Below, in pieces: positions 58,394-64,000 of a stretch of 64,000 nt of DNA. The DNA is from Macrostomum lignano (lineage: Eukaryota), in contig NIVC01002858.1 of assembly GCA_002269645.1 (NCBI GenBank), positions 70,729 to 134,728 on the forward strand. The letters are read 5' to 3'. Both the position numbers and the translations under genes were made by a program. Each line of letters begins with the position of its first letter. The stretch's first letter is position 1. The notes below the pieces were generated by a model. The model worked only from the letters and a program-made list of their open reading frames with translations. It was not told where the DNA came from and made no database searches.

Positions 58394-60291
58394 GTTCAAA
58401 GTCCAATTTTGCAACTGCAACCCTGCTGCACCATGAGCCTCAGCTGGGACTCCCAGGTGCGCCCGAAGCTAATAACCCTAATCAACTCGCACAAAGTGGT
58501 GCGCTGCCGCCAGGCCACTTTCACCGCCACCTGCCTCCAGCGCCTGAAAGAATACCACGAGAAATCAACAGAACACGCTGAGCCTAACGAGTTTCTTCTG
58601 CCGCCTACGGAGATTCTCCTGCCAGATTTTCTCTGCGAGGTGCGGACCGGACCGTTGAGCGACCAGCCGCCCATGGTGCTGGTGCTCGCCGATGGCCTCC
58701 TGCTGATGGCCAGACAATCAACGCCTGCCACGTGCGGGACGTCGTCGACCGCGTGTCAGGCGTCGGAGAGTAACGACTTGGCGAAGTGGGGGAACCAGGG
58801 TATAACCAGGCCCGAATGGCAGGCTCTGGCACAAGAGTTGACGCCTCACCTGACTCTCTGCCTGCACAGCTGCACTTTAGACCTCATCAATGGCTACTCC
58901 ATCCTGCTGTCCTCGCCTCATCTGACCCTGGAGTTCACGCCAGTCAGCTACAATCCGCAGAGCCTGTTCGAGATGATGTCCGCCTCAAGAGAGTTGGACA
59001 TCACCTATTTGTTCCTCAGCCTGCCCTTGGAGACTAAGCCTAACAACTTGGGCTTGCAGTCGCCGAGACACGTATCTCAAGCCTCCCTGTTGTCGCAGGT
59101 GCCTCTGTCATCTAGTCCGTGTTCGACGAAGTTCTTTAAAAAGAAATTCGACTCTCTTTGGGGCTACTTTAATTTTCGAGCTCCGATTATTGAAAATTCG
59201 AAGATGTTCTACGGAGCGATAACCTCCCCTGACCTGGAAGGAAACCTTCAGGTGAGAGTTAGCTTCCTGTGGCGGTAGAAGCTTGCTTACTTGACTCAGT
59301 TGCAGGGAGTCTCCTAGCATCCAGATACAGCGGTGAGGCGTTGATGCCCATTCCGTTAACCCTTGGCGACCACGGGCAGCTGGTGCTGCGGTGCCCGCAG
59401 CTTGGTCCACCTTTCGGAGAGTCCAGGTGGATGGTTACTTACCCGGTAGCCCTTTGGTAGCGGACGAGCTGGCAGAGATTCTCGGGCCTGAAAACATTGG
59501 AAAAGTCCGGGATTGGGCCGAGGCAGGTGGGCCTGCCCTGAGTAAAGACGGGGCATTCACAAGTGAAACGTTTCATGTTTCGAGTTTTCAAAATGCCCCC
59601 CCCGTCCAGACAAACAGGAAACCCCATAACCCGGCTCGCATAAAAAAACAATCATTTCTCTATCAACAATCAGGTGACCCGAAAGCCGAAATCTAAGCGT
59701 CAGAAGCTGTGGGGCGTGCTGAAGTGCCAGACAATCTACATGTTCAAGAAGCGGTCCAGCGCTTGCAACGCCGAATACGAGGTTAACTTGGAGAACTTCA
59801 ACGAGCTCGAGGTGCTAGATGAGAGCTCCAAGGAGGTTCCGTCGAGCAAGAAGGAGCAACTCCAGCAGGCCGTTGGCAGTCAGAATGTTCGCACTTTGGC
59901 TCTACGGTTTTCCAACTCGAAGAAGAGTGTCTACCTGACTCCGTTGGATCGCTTCGATTTCAAACGCTGGGAGGAGAGCCTCAACAATATTCTGCGCGGC
60001 GAGCGAAAATCCGAGCGCAGCGTGGAGGCCCTCAACGCGCTGCAGGCGAGACGAATATCCGGTCTGAGCAATTCGTTTCACAATTTGTCATCGACTAATG
60101 GCAGCAGGGCGCAGTCGCCTGCGTTCGTGCGCAAGGATGGCAAGCACGGACTAAATATTGTGAGCAGTCACTGCAGTTGCTCAGATAGAGCAGGGTGCAT
60201 TGCTATAAATAATGTCATTTTAAACTACCAAAAGATGAACGGAAACAAAGGACAATGTATGGTGCAGTTTAATTTCATGTTTAAACATTAA
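58394..60291 (+). CDS. PH-domain protein, internal exons 58394-59251 and 59674 to about 60160 (or read-through to stop 60291); probably two PH domains
   Basis: Phase-0 join gives LEGNLQ|VTRKPKSKRQKLWGVLKCQTIYMFKK (PH beta1-3) and RWEESLNNIL (terminal helix). The first exon has MVLVLADGLLLMARQ, a weaker PH-like strand pair. 5' exons (perhaps near 56300-56484 and 57420-57502) are unresolved. Confidence 0.6.
59380..59560 (+). mobile_element. Interspersed repeat, about 180 bp, copy 2 (PH-gene intron)
   Basis: Homologous to 23617-23800 in inverted orientation. Confidence 0.8.
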
Positions 60292-62816
60292 AGCCCGCCC
60301 TGCAGAGTATTTGCGGAGGAAAAATAGTTGAAAAACAACACACTGGCCAGCAACCCGCAGAAAAAGTGAGCAGCTGCAGGAAACCTTCCCATTTCCTTAG
60401 TTCGACATAACAGGCAAAATGAAACAGAGACGGGGAGGAAGGGGGAGAGGGAGAGAGGCAGAAAGAGGAACAGCCGGCCAGCCTTGACAGCTAGCTAGTC
60501 TTGGCGAAGGTGCTCAACCGCATCAAGGCATGGCCCATCGCCTGCCCTCATCCCTGCTCAACGCTGAGCATCTCTACTCAGACATTCACTCGTCCTCTAC
60601 ATTTCCCCTCCCTTCTCGTTGAAAGGCCAAACTGCGCGGAGAGCTCCCATTGGGACTTATTGGATCATCTCCGCTCGAATCTGCCGAACTAAAATATACA
60701 ATCTGTTCTTTCCAGTTATGTTGGACTCGCCGATCCGGTTGCGTCCTCTCTTCCTCCTACGAGGCTCCCCATCCCTTCTAACCTAACCGGGTGAGGTTTC
60801 GGGTCAGAGTCAAAGCCACTTGCATGTCTTTGCCCTCCATCAGTCGTCTTTCTTCGAACACGATCGTCTTTTTTAGCTCGCCTCGCATGCGAGGCTCAGG
60901 CCCGGCATGCATATAAAGCGCATAGCTGCTCACGTCTGCGCCGGCTTTTCTCACGCACATCGTCATTTCTTGTTACTCAGTCTGATCTCATCTCGCGTGC
61001 AGTTATAGAATTACACTAATGTTACAGACTACATTGTGCACTTGAATCACTCATTCGCCCTGATGTCTATGGTGAAGAGATGCGCTAAAAACAGAAGCAC
61101 TTTCCATATTTTTTTTCGTTTAACAGTTCGGTGCGTTTATTTCAAAGTGGTCTCCCATGTTAATCTGCTTTAAGTTTGAAGAGACTAATGGAAATGGAAA
61201 TTAATCAACAATTTTTACTCTTAATTTTTACATAAACTACTAATTAAGGACTAATTAAGCTGTGAGAAATCAAACAGAAGAATCCCTCCAGTTCCTTACT
61301 GGTATGGATTTTGTTAGCTTTCAGTGAAACTACAGACCGGATCGACAAAAGCAATGCTAATAGCTATGCATTTAACTTTGCTGTCGTGTAGCACTCAAAG
61401 CCTGACTCGATGGCTTATTCTCAATCTTTAACTATACCTTCACGTGTTTACTATACAGGTTTGTAACCAGATTTCCTGTGCGAGAAACTGGACACCAGGA
61501 AAATTTCTGAATACGAGAGAAGACGTAGCTTTTACCGATACAATTAGTTCGTTAGATTGAGTAGGCCAAACACACACGCGCACACACACTCCCGAGTTCG
61601 AACTTAATCCCAATCCCAATTGATTAATTGATAATTAGCAATACGATAGCTGTACCCTGCCGTTAATAGCTTATGCCCGTACGAACTGATGAAGAGAGAT
61701 TGAAACTGATCGATGAGGACGGTCGGGACATGGGATAAAAATAATAAATGCATGTATTGTGCGCGTAAAGAAAAGGAAAATAGTAAAATTACTTTCGTTT
61801 CTTGAAAAAAAAGGCTAGCCTCATGCAATAATAAAGTTTGCTGTAGATACTCAATAACATTAAAAAGTCGCCATCTTTTAAAGTGCGCAGTAAATTCTAG
61901 CTCAGTATTGACTTTTGAGTGACGCAACTTGCGCCACGCGACGCAGAGCTGGTGCGGAGGGATTGGAAGAGCGGAGGGCGAAGACTGGATGCATTGAAGC
62001 TTCCGCTAGGTTGTCATTGTTTTTTAAGCATTTATCAATATCAAAATGGTTGACCGGGTGATAGACGCTGGTCGAAAGACACTGCTCACTGGGGCAAAGG
62101 GTGGCGACTTTTCAATGTTGCTGAGTATAGTATCTATAACCGAGCGAAAGTGTAAATAACCTGGATGACGTTGATGAAGTTTATAGGTCAAAAAATCGAT
62201 ATCGGGTGTTTTAAATCACGCAAGTTTTTCAACTCTGAAAATTTCCACCCTTATTTACCATTCCGATCAAAAAGACTGCTTCAATTCTTGCTTAAAGTTC
62301 CTTACGCTGCAAGTGTACCAGTTGCAAGATCGGGTTGGGGGGGGGAGATCCCTAGCCAAGAAAAGTGCAAAGCAAACTGCTCAGAGCTGTCTTCTTGCTC
62401 TGTCGCTCTCACACCCTCACAACTCGATCTACCAAAGACAGCCCAGCTAGTCTGTAGTCTCCTAGTCTTACACAGCTAAGCCGCCATCTGTCCGTTGATG
62501 CGGTTTTGCAGCAATCCCACCCAACCTCTCTCTCCAGCCTCCGGCCGCTGCCCAGCCCCTGGCAACTGGCGCAGGCTCGAATCCTCCCGTTCCACGAGCT
62601 AAAAATTTTACATCGTCGAAGGCAGTAAAATTTCATATGAGCTCGATATTTTTAATATTTCATAAACTACATCACATCGTCGAATAGTCTTGCTTGTTTT
62701 CAAACTTGCGGTTTTAGATATAGAGTAGAAGCTCGAGATAAAAAAATCTCTATTTAACAACGTCGTTCTCTAACCAACTTATCAGTCAATAAATCTCATC
62801 ACCCAACCAATTCCAG

Positions 62817-63276
62817 TCCCGAAGCAGTCGCGAGATAATGGCCTCGTGTACAAACTTGGACGAGCTTGGCGGCTGCGGTAGCAGCGGGGGCGGCGCTGGC
62901 GGCGGAGCCGGCGGAAGCGCCGTTGGAGGCGCAGGCAGCGGTGGAGCAATCAGCCTTGGTGGCGGCGGCAGCAGCCTTGGCGGGGGCACCGGCGGTCACT
63001 ACAGCGGCCTGAGCAAGCAGGGTCAGTGGGCGATAGACAAACCTGGACTCTCTTCTGTCTCTCTCCTGTGATGTTTGAAGCCTTAACTGTCTCAGATGAA
63101 GTTTTTAATCTCCAACTGTCTGAATGAGCCTCCCCCAAAACGGCCCACCATTCCAGGAGGATGTTCACCGGGCGAGGAGTCAATCACCATCTACTATCAG
63201 GGCTCGCACGCGCAACCATCACCGTCAACTGCATCGCCGATGACAACCTGCAGCTGACAGTGACGACGAAGACTAT
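62817..63276 (+). CDS. Probable exons of an unidentified protein with a Gly-rich tract (62817 or 62838 to 63021; 63201-63276)
   Basis: GC-rich ORF MASCTNLDELGG(G-rich)HYSGLSKQ, donor G|gtcagt, phase-consistent acceptor tatcag|GG and donor AT|gtaagg. Could be a separate gene or the tail of the PH gene. Confidence 0.45.
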
Positions 63277-63364
63277 GTAAGGAGAGACTGTAGCTTTGTC
63301 CAAGACAGATGCCAGAGTTTCGTCTAGAGATCTATCTCAGGAAATCGTATGAGCTCGTAGGAAT

Positions 63365-63915
63365 CTCCTGACTCAAAGCTTTGGCACCCCCCCCCGACTC
63401 AAAGCTTTGGCATCTCCTGACTCAAAGCCTTGCGTCTCCTAACTCAAGCTTTGGCATCTCCTGACTCAAAGCTTTGGCATCTCCTGACTCAAAGCCTTGT
63501 CATCTCCTAACTCAAAGCTCTGGCATCCTCCCGCCTCAAAGCTTTGGCATCCCCCCGACTCAAAGCTTTGGCATCCCCCCGACTCAAAGCTTTGGATTTC
63601 TGACTAAAACTTTGCACCCCTGACTTAAAGCTTTGGCATCCCCCCCGACTCAAAGCTTTGGCACCCCGACTCAAAGCTTTGGCATCCCCCGACTCAAAGC
63701 TTTGGCATCCCCCAGACTCAAAGCTTTGGCATCCCCCCCCCGACTCAAAGCTTTGGATTTCTTGACTAAAACTTTGGCATCCCCTGACTCAAAGCTTTGG
63801 CATCCCTTCGCTCAAGCTTTGATCTTCTGACTCAACCTTGGCTTCTCCGAGTGTGGCACCCCAGACTCAAAGCTTTGGCATCCACTCGACTCAAAAGCTT
63901 TGGCGTCCCTGACAA
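63365..63915. repeat. About 22-24-bp minisatellite GACTCAAAGCTTTGGCATCCCCC
   Basis: Tandem array with a variable C-run. Confidence 0.94.
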
Positions 63916-64000
63916 CCGACTCCAAAATTATTTCTATTTTAGTTTACATCAGGTGGTTGCTAGAATAACTATATTGAGACAATTAGCTATAAAGCGATGA

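Overview
Eukaryotic, intron-rich animal DNA. GC-rich exons are separated by introns packed with micro- and minisatellites, an architecture typical of the flatworm Macrostomum lignano (organism inferred, not proven). No prokaryotic features. Gene models were hand-spliced with GT-AG rules and phase checks. (1) 92-34131, minus strand: a complete 37-exon divergent dynein heavy chain of about 4,900 aa, most like DNHD1; almost every large intron holds its own tandem array. (2) Head-to-head with it, SSNA1/NA14 (35636-38032, +), then UBXN10 (40209-40859, +), giving three cilium/centriole genes in a row. (3) A small orphan single-pass membrane gene (44271-44886, -). (4) A secreted protein built from five tandem cassettes, each a 33-nt micro-exon plus a symmetric phase-1 WSC-domain exon (46560-53285, +). 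Its exons are mosaic and variable while the spacer introns are near-identical. This is the best candidate for an undescribed system, a diversifying or alternatively spliced lectin array. (5) PH-domain exons (58394-60291, +) and Gly-rich orphan exons near the right end. Also seen: two hAT-like MITEs, tRNA-derived and Helitron-like remnants, a degenerate hammerhead-like motif, an inverted minisatellite pair bracketing the dynein AAA1 exons, and several satellites whose units carry splice-site consensus sequences. Most long low-complexity ORFs in the track are artefacts of the satellites.
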